A DNA stretch of 64,000 nucleotides from Squalus acanthias (taxonomy: Eukaryota): NCBI GenBank assembly GCA_030390025.1, contig CM059433.1:30878001-30942000 (forward strand). The letters run 5' to 3'. Under the pieces are notes generated by a model. It was not told the origin of the DNA and did no database searches. It worked only from the letters and a program-made list of their open reading frames with translations. Positions 38,972-51,163 of this stretch are shown one piece after another. A program made the position numbers and the translations under genes. The number at the start of each line of letters is the position of its first letter. Positions within the stretch are counted from its first letter, which is position 1.

Positions 38972-39589
38972 TGTATTTGTCTTTGTCTCTCTCCCTCAAT
39001 CCTCAAACTCTAGGCTGGCTATTCCTTCTGCTGCATTACTCGTCTCTCTGTTTCTGTCTCTGTGACTGATATGGGGTGTTAAACGAATCTGATGCTTTGG
39101 TAACTGAGATGTCAGTTCAGGTCTCATGATGTGCATTATATCAAGTTCATCTTCTGTGATCAATTTTATGCATGGCAATAGTTTGGCCTGTACGGTATAT
39201 GAAGTAGCAGCATGTAGTAAATTTAAATTGTATTAGTAAACTCTAAGTAAAGCAGAACCTATTGAAACAGGCTTGATTATGGGCATTGTGGAGCTTAGAT
39301 CCCTCTAAGTGAATCTGAATGATTTACAGCTTGATCCGGACTGTAACTCAAACACCTGCTTTTCTGGTGTCTCAATATACTGCTGTTGCTCGTAGCACCA
39401 GTGTGTCCAGTACTCCACATGACCTAAAGGAGGGAAAGGCCTGCCTGGTGTGAGTGAGATTGTGGAGAGAGTGGCGAATCACTGCCATATTTCACATGCA
39501 TGCATCGGTATCATGGCCTGTACCATCCAGCAAGACACTTCAGCAAGATAATAACGTCCTTAAATCCTGCTCAAAATGGGCCCCGCCTT

Positions 39590-39960
39590 ATGGCTCAGTT
39601 GGTAAAATGACTGGTCCATAATCATACTGAGTTTCAGAAAGTTAAAAGTCCCAGAGGTAACTCCCAATCGGAGCTGAGGTAGCTGATCTCAGTGCGACTT
39701 GCAGCAGCGCACGACAGCTGGCTTGAAGTGGCGAGGTGGGGGGGGGGGGTGCGGAAGTAATAAGCCAGGGCTCCCGTTTCTAATTACTAACCAATGGCTC
39801 CATCTGCAATCTTGTGTGCGGTCAATGGATAAAGAGGGGATCACCTCAGCTCAGGCGAGCCCACAGTCAAGTGACCTAGCAACATTTACTGATTGGACTC
39901 ATACATAGAAAGCTATCCCTCAGGTGAGGCTCCCATGGCACACGAGCCAGTGCTTTCAGC
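39590..39960 (+). mobile_element. Old tRNA-derived SINE resembling AmnSINE2
   Basis: tggctcagttggtaaa head, then gctgaggtagctgatctcag...taagccagggctcccgtttctaat...cacagtcaagtgacct. Related to 32095-32420. Confidence 0.5.
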
Positions 39961-40059
39961 AGAGGAGGGGAGAATATGGGAGGGAGCAAACATATATTAA
40001 TTGGAGATTCTGGTGGCAGGACAATACCAATCCACGTATCTCAAAGCACCGTCGGTATC

Positions 40060-40503
40060 GGCCGTGGCTCAGTGGGTAACACTCTCGGCTCTGAGTCATG
40101 AAGGTCGTGGGTTCAGGTCCCACTCCAAAGACTTGAGCACAGAATCCAGGCTGACACTCCCAGTGCAGTACCAAGGACGTGCTACACTGTCGGAGGTGCC
40201 ATCTTTCAGATGAGATGTTAATCCGAGGTCCCGTCTGCCCTCACAGGTGGACGTAAAAGTTCCCATAACAATATTTCAAAGAAGAGCAGGAGAGCTCTCC
40301 CCCAGTGTCCTGGCCCACATCACTAAAACTGATTATCTGGTCATTATCTCATTGCTGTTTGTGGGACCTTGCTGTCTCCAAATTGGCTGCTGTGTTTCCT
40401 AAATTACAATGGTGACTACACTTCAAATGTACTTCATTAACTGTAGAGCACTTTGGGATGTCCTGAGGTCATGAAAGGCGCTATATAAATGTAGGTTCTT
40501 TCT
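40060..40503 (+). mobile_element. Full-length DeuSINE
   Basis: ggccgtggctcagtgggtaacac head through aaaggcgctatataaatg tail. Confidence 0.88.
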
Positions 40504-41049
40504 TTATTGCTTTTAGCTTAGAGACAATTTCAGAGAACCCATCATAAACTGTACTTCTTGCCCAGTATCAGATAAAACTTTAGGCTTATGTGCCCTTAAA
40601 AATGTCAATTTACAGATATTGAGATGTAAGCAGATTTTGCAGAATCACAGATAATCAAATTAAAAATAAAAGACTTGCTTGACCTAATTTGTTATTGATT
40701 TGTTTGGAGACAGCGATGTACATTGAAGAGTCACAACACAGAGCTCGAGGTGCCTGAAATCTATGTTAGGTCAGCATTTATTTACAACCTGTAATTTTAG
40801 AAATTACTTCTAAATTGCAGACTAAAGCTGGGAGAGCTTCCAGTGGTGTGTGCTTGAATAAGTGAGGGTCCTAATAAAGATTTAATATGTTCTCCCTTTT
40901 CAAAAAGTTAGATAAAGGCCACTCCACCGACATGCACTGCTGCCCATCAAGCTTAAGAGGAATTGCTTAAGGCTTATTGTGTGGATGTATTTCTATTCAT
41001 CTTACAAATAAAAGCAAGAGCTTCCTCTTAAAAATATCATGCTCTCACG

Positions 41050-41290
41050 TGCATACACACACGCACAAACGTGCACACAAAACGCAATTGTGCGCACGTG
41101 CGCGCACACAATAAACACGCACAAACAGGCATGAACAAACACTAATACAAAACACATACACGTGCACAAACACAAAAATGTGTATGCGTGTGCACACGCG
41201 CACACAAACGCACACGCACACACACAAACAAACACACATGCCCTTGCACAAACACACGGACACACATGCACACAGCCGCACACACGCACA
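41050..41290. repeat. Degenerate (CA)n-rich low-complexity tract
   Basis: cacacacgcacaaacgtgcacaca-type sequence throughout. Confidence 0.8.
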
Positions 41291-41844
41291 TTCAAGGATG
41301 TCTGCCATCTACTTGCACGTTATCAACACTAGAAACTGGATCAGGCTGCATCCGTTTTACAGGTGTTAAATAGGCGCCTACGGATCCAATATGGCATGCA
41401 GCGTGTATGCGCTATTTTGTGCCGGAAGTGCACCACCCATCATATTGGTTGAGGCTCCTCCGTAGGTGTCCAGGGGGCGTGCCTGAAACAGGCGTTGTGC
41501 TCCTTTGCATATGCAAATCGGCAGCCTTACGTCTGTTATAGGCCCTCTTTGCAAAATTCGATTGCGAATGATCGCAGCATGCGCCATGTGTGCTGCAGTC
41601 AGTTTCTTCAGGTGCTTAGCAGTCAATTCGCATCAGGCACTGTCAATTTACAGCACGTCCTGTTTTACGTCAGATTTCCAGCAGTAACACTTCTTTTATG
41701 CAACTGTTAATGTGATGCTTGTCATCTGTAGCCCTGATGAATGTTGGTTGTTGCTGCATTATAGGATGCTGAGGCCTGTTCTGCACTAGAGTCTGCACAA
41801 CTACTGTATACTGCTTTGATGGTTGTTTAGGAAAAAGAAAAAAG

Positions 41845-42307
41845 AAAGACTTGCATTTATATAGTGCCTTTCACAACCAACGGACGTCTCAAAGCACTTT
41901 ACAGCCAATGAAGTACTTTTGAGGTGTAGTCACTGTTGTAACGTGGGAAACGCGGCAGCCAATTTGCGCACAGCAAGCTCCCACAAACAGCAAATTGATA
42001 ATGAACAGATAATCTGTTTTAGTGATGTTGATTGAGGGATAAATATTGGCTAGGACACTGGGGATAACTCCCCTGCTCTTCTTTGAAATAGTGCCATGGG
42101 ATCTTTTATGTCACTTGAGAGAGCAGACGGGGCCTCAGTTTAGCGTCTCATCCGAAGGACGGCACCTCCGACAGTGCAGCACTCCCTCAGTACTGCACTG
42201 GAGTGTCAACCTAGATTTGTGTGCTCAAGTCCCTTGGAGTGGGACTATGAACCCACAACCTTCTGACTCAGAGGCGAGTGTGCTACCCACTGAGCCATGG
42301 CTGACAC
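41845..42307 (-). mobile_element. Full-length DeuSINE
   Basis: Reverse complement of the SINE from tail (gacttgcatttatatagtgcc) to head (actgagccatggctgacac). Confidence 0.9.
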
Positions 42308-42832
42308 TGTTTGATAGGGTTTGATAGGGTAGATATAGAGAGGGTGTTTCCATTTGTAGAATTTTCTTTAATGTCCCTACGATTTTCTTCTCCTGGGCGT
42401 TGCCCACAGCAGATTAGTCCTTATTTCCCGGAGACTCCAGCACAATCCTGGCAGGTTGGCAACCCTAGTTTTGTACCTCGACCGATGTGACTCTACATTG
42501 AAGTCAATGGGGAATAAAACTGGGTGGGGTGTGAAACAGGCGGTCGACCCGAACCCCTCCCAAGTCTCCCGCTGGAAGGGATAGATCAAACTAACAGCCC
42601 TCTGTCTGCCTCTGCACTTTCCTCAACCGTTTGACATGTTAACATTGCTCTCCTTTATCGGGGACCAACACCCTTTCTCAGGGTGTTGGCACCCAATGAC
42701 ACAACCTTTGGCATTGCTGTGTGCCAGGGTGCTGAATATATATTTAAAATAGCTGAGCTCACATCACGGTGTGAGGTCAGGCCTCATGCCTCGCAGATAT
42801 GTGTAGGCCCCAAAGCTTGCCATGGCACAGGA

Positions 42833-42995
42833 AAGGAAGACTTGCATTTATATAGCGCCTATCACGGTCTCAGGACGTCCCAAAGCGCTTTTCAGCCAAT
42901 GACGTACTTTTTTGAAGTGTAGTCCCTGGTGCAACGTAGGGAAACGCGGCAGCCAATTTGCACACAGCAAGCTCCCACAAACAGCAATGTGATAG
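42833..42995 (-). mobile_element. DeuSINE 3' fragment
   Basis: gacttgcatttatatagcgcct...cccacaaacagcaatgtgata. Confidence 0.8.
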
Positions 42996-44144
42996 GCCTC
43001 CATGGCACCATTAATTTAAATAAGTTGCTTTCACCAAATTGACCATTGTTTCCCCAAGGCCGTATCAGAAATAATATAAGACAGAAACCATTAATTTTTT
43101 TTAAAAAAGTGTTTTGTCAAACAGGCAATAAAATGGTACTTAAAAAAAAACCATCTGAGTACAGACTATCCTGTTTATAGTTTGGAAATACAGCCCCTCA
43201 ACGTGTATAACGGCGTATAGTTGGTGTGATCGCAATTTGCCCGCTATACGCGGTAGGCGGTAAAACCAAAACGTGAGGTAACTGACATATTTTTAAAAAG
43301 CGGGAAATATCACTTAGCAACTGCCTCTAAATGTTAGCAGTTACATCCAGATTCTCTTCACTCAGGTAATCGCACTTTAACAAAGTGCGAACAGCTGATT
43401 GAAACTGTTGGAAAACCAGACTTTGGCTGAAGTCAGCAGAGCTTTTTAAATGGATAAGTACATATTGAACTGCCCGAAATGGTTGGCAAGCTTAATACCT
43501 TATAATTGATGCCTCTGTAATTGACTCCTAGCGCTATTTGCCCAAGATAGGCGGCTGCTTGTGATAAGCGTGGATGGTCTAAGTGGTGGAGACTGTATGC
43601 GTTTTAACATATATCTGACGCAGCTCTTTCTCTAATTAGGCGATGTCTAATATGTAGTTAGAAAAATGAAGGGTTCTTCTTGTTCATATTATCCTGTGAA
43701 TATGTTACATTCACAGTAACAACAGTAGCAGCAATCACGTACCTCCGTGTTAGGAATCTCTTTTGTCTCCTTTGTCCCATTGCTGACCATTCTCTGATGC
43801 TAGAGGGAGCTAACACAACTCACATCTACTTGCGTCTCAGTAATGCTCCATTAATGATTGCAAATAAATTCCATGCTTTAAAAAGAAACATTCTAACGGT
43901 TGTTTATTTAAGTCTGAGTTTTGAGAAGCTCTCTCCTGTTTTTGGCAGGGGTCCCTGTTAAAGCTTTCCGAATGCGATGAGTCTAAATTTTGGAAGTCAG
44001 GAGAAAGCAAGGAAGTGAGTTGTGGAATAAGTTACTATCAAAGTGGACGGTAGAATTGATGTATTTCTGGAGAGACAAGGGATGGAGGATATTGTGAGAA
44101 TACAGGTATGCTGCCCATATCCTAACTTGAACCCTCCCCCTCCA

Positions 44145-45103
44145 GAACTAGATGTAATATCTCCAAGTTTGCAGATGACACAAAGCTGGGTGGGCGTGTG
44201 TGCTGCGAGGAGGATGCAGAGAAACTCCAGTATGATTTGGACAGGTTGGGTGATTGGGCAGATACATGGCAGATGCAGTATAATGTGGATAAATGCGAGG
44301 TTATCCACTTTGGTGGCAAAAACAGGAAGGCAGATTATTATCTGAACGACAATAGATTGGGAAAAGGGGAAGTGCAACGAGACCTGGGTGTCCTTGTGCA
44401 CCAGTCGCTGAAGGTAAGCATGCAGGTGCAGCAGGCGGTTAAGAAGGCAAATGGTATGTTGGCCTTTATAGCGAGAGGATTCGAGTACAGGATCAAGGAG
44501 GTCTTGCTGCAGTTGTACAGGGCTTTGGTGAGACCACACCTTGAGTATTATGTGCAGTTTTGGTCGCCTTATCTGAGGAAGGATGTTCTTGCCCTGGAGG
44601 GAGTGCAGCGAAGATTCACCAGACTGATACCTGGGATGGCAGGATGACGTATGAAGAGAGATTGGGTCGATTGGGCTTGTATTCGCTAGAGTTTAGAAGA
44701 ATGAGAGGGGATCTCATTGAAACTTATAAAATTCTAACAGGACTAGACAGACTAGATGCAGGAAGGATGTTCCCGATGGCGGGGGAGTCCAGAACCAGGG
44801 GTCACTGTCTAAGGATAAGGGGTAAGCCATTTAGGACTGAGGTTATGAGGAATTTCTTTACCCAGAGAGTGGTGAACCTGTGGAATTCTCTACCACAGAA
44901 GACAGTTGAGTCCAATTCATTAAATATATTCAAGAAGGAGTTCGATATATTTCTTAAGGCTAAGGGGATCAAGGGATATGGGGAGAAAGCAGGGACAGGG
45001 TACTGAATTTGGATGATCAGCCATGATCGCATTGAATGGCGGAGCAGGCTCGAGGGGCCGAACGGCCTACTCCTGCTCCTATCTTCTATGTTTCTATGTT
45101 TCT
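44145..45103 (+). mobile_element. 5'-truncated CR1
   Basis: ISKFADDTK and RPHLEYYVQFWSP motifs, with a (tctatgtt)n tail. Confidence 0.92.
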
Positions 45104-45104
45104 A

Positions 45105-45450
45105 AGTCCCATTCACCCATCACCCCATGCTCGCTGACCTATATTGTCTCCCGGTCCGGCAATGCCTCGTTTTTAAAATTCACATCCTTGTGTTCAAATC
45201 CCTCCATTTGCAGCTGTGCCTTCAGCTGCCTCAGCCTGAAGCTCTGGAATTCCCTCTCCAAACCCTCCGCTTCCCTACTCTCCTCCTTTAAGACTCTCCT
45301 TAAAACCTACCTCTTTGACCAAGCTTTTGGTTACCTGTCCTAATATCTCCTTTGGTGACTCAGTGTCAAATTTTGTTTGATAACACTCCTGTGAAGCACC
45401 TTGGGACATTTTACTACATTAAAGGTGCTATATAAATGCAAGTTGCTGAT
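45105..45450 (+). mobile_element. L2 LINE 3' end
   Basis: SPITPCSLT...AFSCLSLKLWNSL...FKTLLKTYLFDQAF, ending aaaggtgctatataaatgcaagttg. Confidence 0.82.
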
Positions 45451-45707
45451 GTAAGTTAAGGTTTTGTTGGACCTAATACACTTCCCTGTTCCTAAATGTT
45501 CTTACTGCCTTAAGGGGGATTTGAGAAGGGTTGAGGGGAAGAACAGCAGCGTTTCAGATGTCCAATAAAATCTTCTTTTTCTCCAGATTAGTCACAAACG
45601 ATTTGATTTGTATAAATTCCTGCTAAATTCAGGCTGCACACCCCTCCTCTATTTTCAGCAAGAGAGAGTGATGGCTGGGTAAATTGAGAATACTCAACTT
45701 GCTCTTT

Positions 45708-45950
45708 GTATAGATAGATACAGAATAGGTAGATAGATAAAGAGATACACAAACAGATAGAGATACGGAGATAGACATACAGGAATAAATAGACGGGTAG
45801 ATAGGTGGATAGATAGATAAAGAGTTGGATAGATAGAAAGAGATGAATATAAAGAGATAAATAGACTCTGATAGATAGTCAGAGATTAGAGATAGACAGA
45901 GGTAGGCATAGACAGGTAAAAAGAAACTGAGAATCGGTAGACAGGGAGAC
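45708..45950. repeat. Degenerate (GATA/GACA)n tract
   Basis: [34 protein letters not shown] sequence throughout. Confidence 0.75.
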
Positions 45951-45954
45951 AAAA

Positions 45955-47690
45955 GGGCCAATTTTAACCCAGCCCACAGGGCAGGAATGGGACAGGCGGG
46001 GGAGTTAAAGTTGCATCGGGGCTTCTCGCACCCTTCCCCCACTCCCCCGCCCCCCACAATTTTAATTGGCTGGTTTCCGGCTACCTTGTCCAGGCAACCG
46101 GGGTCCTACTTAAAAGGTCATAGTCGTGCTCTGATGACATCATTCCCGCCCCCACTGCATTTTAACTCGAAATTGCGAATGCCCCGCCCAGTCTCGGACC
46201 CGCCAGCAAGATCTAATGTGATTGGTGTCTCAGAGCTTCGGCTTACTGGGATCAGATGATCTTTTGCTGCCTGGTTCACCAGGAGAGTCTCCAGCTTCCA
46301 GATCGCTACTTCTACACTTTTAGTCGCCTTACAACCCTTGAGTCAGGTTTCTCCACTGACTATGGGAGCAATTCTTGCTTCTTTGTTCTGGATGGAGCAA
46401 GACTTGCAGGAAGAGGATCAGGAGGAGCAGCAGCAACAACAGCAATAGCACCTCAGCAGCCCCACCACCAGCACCCGGGTCTCTCAGAGGACACCAGGTG
46501 AGGGCTGTGTGCAGGAGGCTATAACCCGCACACAGGGTCTACAGGCCAAGACGCACATTCTTGGGCCTATCTGAGGATCAGTGCAGGAGGAGGCTGAGCT
46601 TCTCTAGGTAGATCGACTCAGATCTCTACAACGTCGGGCAATGGGACCAGCTGCCTACTGGACCAGGTGGGGGGTGGGGTATGTCATGCCATGCCATGCC
46701 AGTGGCCTTCAAAGTCACCACAGCCCCGAATCTCTTTGCCACTGGATTCTTCGGGCTACTACAGGGAACATCATCCGCATCTTGCAGTCAGCAGTTCAAA
46801 GCTGTGTTAAGCAGGTGACTTGACTCCCTCTTTGCCTGAGCCGAATAGTACATCACCTTTCCCACTGCCCTCAGCAGTCAACAGGCCAGTGCTCGTGGCT
46901 TTGCAGCAGTGGCTGGCTTCCCTCGTGTGCAGGACATGATTGACTACACACACGTGGCCATCAGGACACTGGAACACCAGCCAGCAACATTTGGGAATAG
47001 AAAAGGACATCCCTCTATCAACGTACAGCGAGCGGATCATCACAAGTACACCATCATACAGGTCTGGGCAAGGTACCCAGGGAGCTGTCACAATGCTTTT
47101 ATGCTCAGACACCATCATCCCGTCCACATGACCCCCCCCCCTGACACCCCACCCCGCTATTCTATCCTATGAGGAATGTGACAGGATGGCTGCTGGGACA
47201 CAAGGAATACCTCTTGCAGACCTGGCTGATGATGCCCCATCACCATTGAGCAGCACAGATACAATCGAAGCCAGGGCACAACCAGGATCCTTACAGAGCA
47301 CACAATATGAATGTTCAAGCAGATGATTTAGGTGTCTGGACCACTTGGGTTCCCTAAAATATGCCCGGATAGGGTCCTGCGCATTGCCATGTTGTGCTGT
47401 ATATTGTGCAGCATTGACTTGTAGAGAGGCCTGCATTTGGGGGAGGCAAGGTGGCAGCAGTGCTCCTCATCAAATGAAGAGGACCGGGGGAAGGAGGGGA
47501 AGCAGCAGAGGAAGAGAAACATCTCAACGCCTTGCAGCCAGAGATGTGAGGGATCAGCTCATAGCTCAGCGATTCCACTGACCTTCTCACACCCATGTCC
47601 TCAGAACTTGGACAGAGCCCCTCTGCATTAACAGTCCTTGTTACATCCTTCAGCACTCCCTGCATCCGGCATTGAAGAACTTTTAAACCA
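45955..47690 (+). mobile_element. Third Harbinger copy: decayed transposase (46362-47581), right half missing
   Basis: Left end gggccaattttaac. Reads MGAILASLFW...poly-Q, AGFPRVQDMIDYTHVAI, NRKGHPSINVQ, ARYPGSCHNAFML and C-terminal ARDVRDQLIAQRFH*. Confidence 0.82.
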
Positions 47691-47720
47691 TTCTGAATGA
47701 CTTCTATATCAATAACATTC

Positions 47721-47914
<194 letters not shown>

Positions 47915-49064
47915 CCCATTGATTAAAATGCATATATATGCACCTGTTTTGATTTAACTTGCTCCCTCAGGGCAAATTGGCAGCAACAACAATAATAAAA
48001 CAACACAGCTCTTATTATCTGGTACATATTTTATAGCAAACGGTAATAACTGACATATTGATTTGAATGTCTGTGTCTTCTTCATTATTCAAACTTGTGA
48101 TTGCTGAAGTCACAGCGAATGAGTACATTTTCCATTCCTTTAAAGCGGTGACACAAACCCAATATAAATGGCTGCTCTGGGCATATATCACTCCACACAC
48201 CTTCTAATTATCTCATCAAGACATCTTTGCAAAAGGGCTTCACGAGTAGTGTTGCCAATGAATTACTTTTAACTGGAAGAACTATTAGCACGGGAACAGC
48301 ACCATATTTCAGCGAATTGAAAATGGATGGCTTCCCTAATATCGGCCTCCCTATTGGTAAATAAACGAGGGCATTCTGTATCCAATTGCTTCAACATTTT
48401 CTGCAGCAGGGAGCACAAAAATACACCATCGAATGACACAAGTGATATCATCTTCCAGCAGAGAGCAGTGGGTGCCCAACAATGAGAGCTGCTGACAAAG
48501 CACACCACTTCGCAAACCTGCCAGTGTCATTGTATGTGGAAACAATTCATCTAAACATTCCCGATATGTGCTGAAAATCAAAGACCTTCAGCCAGTGAAA
48601 ATATCAATACATGTATTCCCTTTTGGACTAAAACCAAAAAAGACTGCAAGATTTCTGTCCCGAATGAAAATTATTCCCAGCACAGTTTTGCCTAATATTT
48701 CAGAAAGCTGCTGGAAGAACATTGCAGTTGTACATTCCCTGGGTAGCTGCTCTGTGGAGGAGTTACTATTCTCAGCAGAGCTTCAGGGAATAGAGAGTAA
48801 TGATTCGCAACATACTGAGCATGTGCCTAATATGGAAGTTGCTATGCTGGGATTTGGAGCGTCTATGTCAGACTTTAATCTCCAAAGGCCATTATTCTGT
48901 AGAGATTGGTTCTTCTTCAACACTATTAAGGCTGAATTTGTAATGCAGAGTGTAAGAGGAAGGAAAATCATTTTGATGAGAGCCTGAATGAATAATGCAG
49001 CAACAGACCACAATTCTTATATTAATAATAATCTCTAAACAACTTGATTTTTTTTTAATCAACT

Positions 49065-49433
49065 ACAACAATTTGCATTTATATAGCACCTTTAATGTAG
49101 TGAAACATCCTAAGGAGCTTCGCAGGAGTGTTATCAAACAAAATTTGATACCGAGCTACATAAGGAGATATTAGGGCAGATGACCAAAAGCTTGGTCAAA
49201 AATGTAGGTTTTAAGGAGCATCTTAAAGGAGGAGAGAGAGGTAGAGAGACGGAGGTTTAGGGAGCGAATTCCAGAGCTTTGGGCCCAGGCAGCCGAAGGC
49301 ACGGCTGCCAATGGTGGAGCGATTAAAACCAGGGATGCTCAAGAGGCCGGAATTAGAGGAGCGCAGATATCTCGGAGGTTTGTAGGTTACAGAGATAAGA
49401 AGGGGTGAGGCCATGGAGGGACTTTAAAACAAG
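49065..49433 (-). mobile_element. L2 LINE 3' end
   Basis: ORF 49223-49414 reads LRSSNSGLLSIP...GSRAFGCLGPKLWNSLP. Tail reverse complement ttgcatttatatagcacc. Confidence 0.82.
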
Positions 49434-49558
49434 GAATCGGATGGGTTTGGCTGTCATAAATTGCATAAGCATGGTGTTTCAGTTGCATCATCCTGTAACA
49501 GAAGAGAAAGGTTGCAAAGTGTATATGTTGCATTGACATTCAGAGAGCATTCCTATAC

Positions 49559-49704
49559 CTGTGAATCCATGGGGACAGAGACAATGGTAGCCTCCAGGCA
49601 CATTGTAGCAGCTGCCATTGTGCAGACAAGGTAGAAGCTCGCACTCATTCACATCCAGCTCGCACAAAGCCCCGTAGTATCCCGCTGCACAATTACACTG
49701 GAAC
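49559..49704 (-). CDS. EYS: Internal EGF-repeat coding exon of an EYS (eyes shut homolog)-like gene, 146 nt
   Basis: Minus strand ctctcactcAG|G TTC CAG TGT...GGA TTC ACA G|GTatag. Translates (R)FQCNCAAGYYGALCELDVNECELLPCLHNGSCYNVPGGYHCLCPHGFT(G), with EGF cysteine spacing and a calcium-binding D-V-N-E-C motif. Resembles the human EYS segment RFFCNCEPEYHGPFCELDVNKC...CLCAPGYTG as recalled. Confidence 0.88.
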
Positions 49705-49764
49705 CTGAGTGAGAGACACACACATGCGTACACAAATTAAATCAATAACCGTGATAAAACACCT

Positions 49765-50507
49765 GGGGGTAAAAATTCAGTTGGTTGCGCCTCCCGTTAG
49801 TGCCTTAAGAGGGTGCTAATGGGGCGCAAAGCCGCTAACGCCCGGGCGCAGCGATGTTTGCGCCGCTCCGGAACTTAACTAGACATTGTGCGGCGGCGCT
49901 AAACTTTACCGCTGCGACCACCTGCGCACGCAGATTGTGATGTAATTCCATGGTGCAACGCCCTTGTGGCGCCCCGGAGTGGAAATTGAGTGGCGCCCCC
50001 TGCCTTACCGCCTGGCGCATCCAACGACCGGAAGACTGGAACGCTATCAATCGCTGTGGGGCTGGGGGGGGCGCTATTTAAAGGGGGCCTCTTCCTGTCT
50101 TTTTCTGTGGTTGACATTTTTGCACCACTCGTTCTGAGAGAGAGAGAGATTCGGAGAGAGAGAAAGAGAGACTTCTGCATTGAGTCAACGCTTTGTGAGG
50201 TAGTTTTGCCTACTGATCCTAACAGTTGCCCCCCCCCCCCGCTTTAAGAACTGGCCGGCGCCAGTGTGTCTGTGTTCCCTCGCTAACTGGCAGCACCTGC
50301 GCTGCGCTCGCGCGCTGAGTTAGCGCCTCACTGCTCGGCCTTTGCGCCTTAAGACAGGTGTGCAGCACCTGATTTAGCACTCCACTCACCTCCCGGGGTG
50401 GTAAAAGTGAAGTTTCCAGTCAGTGGCGATAATTAGCGCCAGGCGCTAATATTTGCGTCCAGACGATATTTGCGCCCCAAACGGGGCGCGACCTAATTTT
50501 TCCCCCC
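49765..50507. mobile_element. Harbinger-type MITE just upstream of the EGF exon acceptor
   Basis: TIRs gggggtaaaaatt and aatttttccccc. The 5' part matches the MITE at 57990. Confidence 0.72.
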
Positions 50508-50861
50508 TTGCATGTTATCCATCTGTCTCACTATTGATTTTGGTCCTGCTTCTATTCAGGTACTGAGGTAGTGTGATTGGCTGATGCTGCTAATTTTTGT
50601 TGGGACTATCTTTGGAGTATTGCCAGTGTAAAACTTGATTTGTTTCAGACAGCTTGCTTTTCTACACAGGCTGTGTTGGATACCAAGTGAAAATCAATTA
50701 CACACACGCAGAGGCTACAGCTTAGAGAGGAGCATTACAGAGTGACATTGGACTATGTGAGTCCTAAAGGTTACGTCTCAATTGAAGTTATGTTCCTTGT
50801 TGCTAAGCTCTGGTTGCACTGGTAGACTCTGAGTATGTGCTACATCTATTATAGATGCAGT

Positions 50862-51123
50862 TGTGGTGGATCGCCACCTAAAACGGGCATAATCCACTCT
50901 TCTGTCTGTGGACAAATTTCCAGCCCCTCCCCTTTAAGGCACATTACCTTTAAGGCAGAAGGGGGCGGGGCCTCAGGTTTTACCCAGAGAATTCTGGGAG
51001 TTTTTCCAGAGAATTCTGGGAGCAGCTCTCGCAGCCATTTTGTAGTAGCATGCAGTGAATAAAAGTTTCTTGTTTTCCACATATGGATTCAGCCTCCATT
51101 CGTGTTTCGCGGCAGCCTCAACA
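50862..51123 (+). repeat. 5' LTR
   Basis: TGTGG...CAACA. Four substitutions versus the 3' LTR by manual alignment. Contains AATAAA. Confidence 0.95.
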
Positions 51124-51124
51124 T

Positions 51125-51138
51125 TGGTGACCCCGACG
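51125..51138 (+). promoter_or_regulatory. Primer-binding site complementary to tRNA-Trp
   Basis: TGGTGACCCCGACG is the reverse complement of the vertebrate tRNA-Trp 3' end (...CGTCGGGGTCACCA), one base after the LTR. Confidence 0.88.
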
Positions 51139-51163
51139 CTCAGAACGTATTCCGAGCACTGCA

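Noticed and set aside
49488..49733. Stand-alone 81-aa EGF protein
   Set aside because: Only 49559-49704 is EGF-like and it is bounded by splice sites; the rest is intron read-through.
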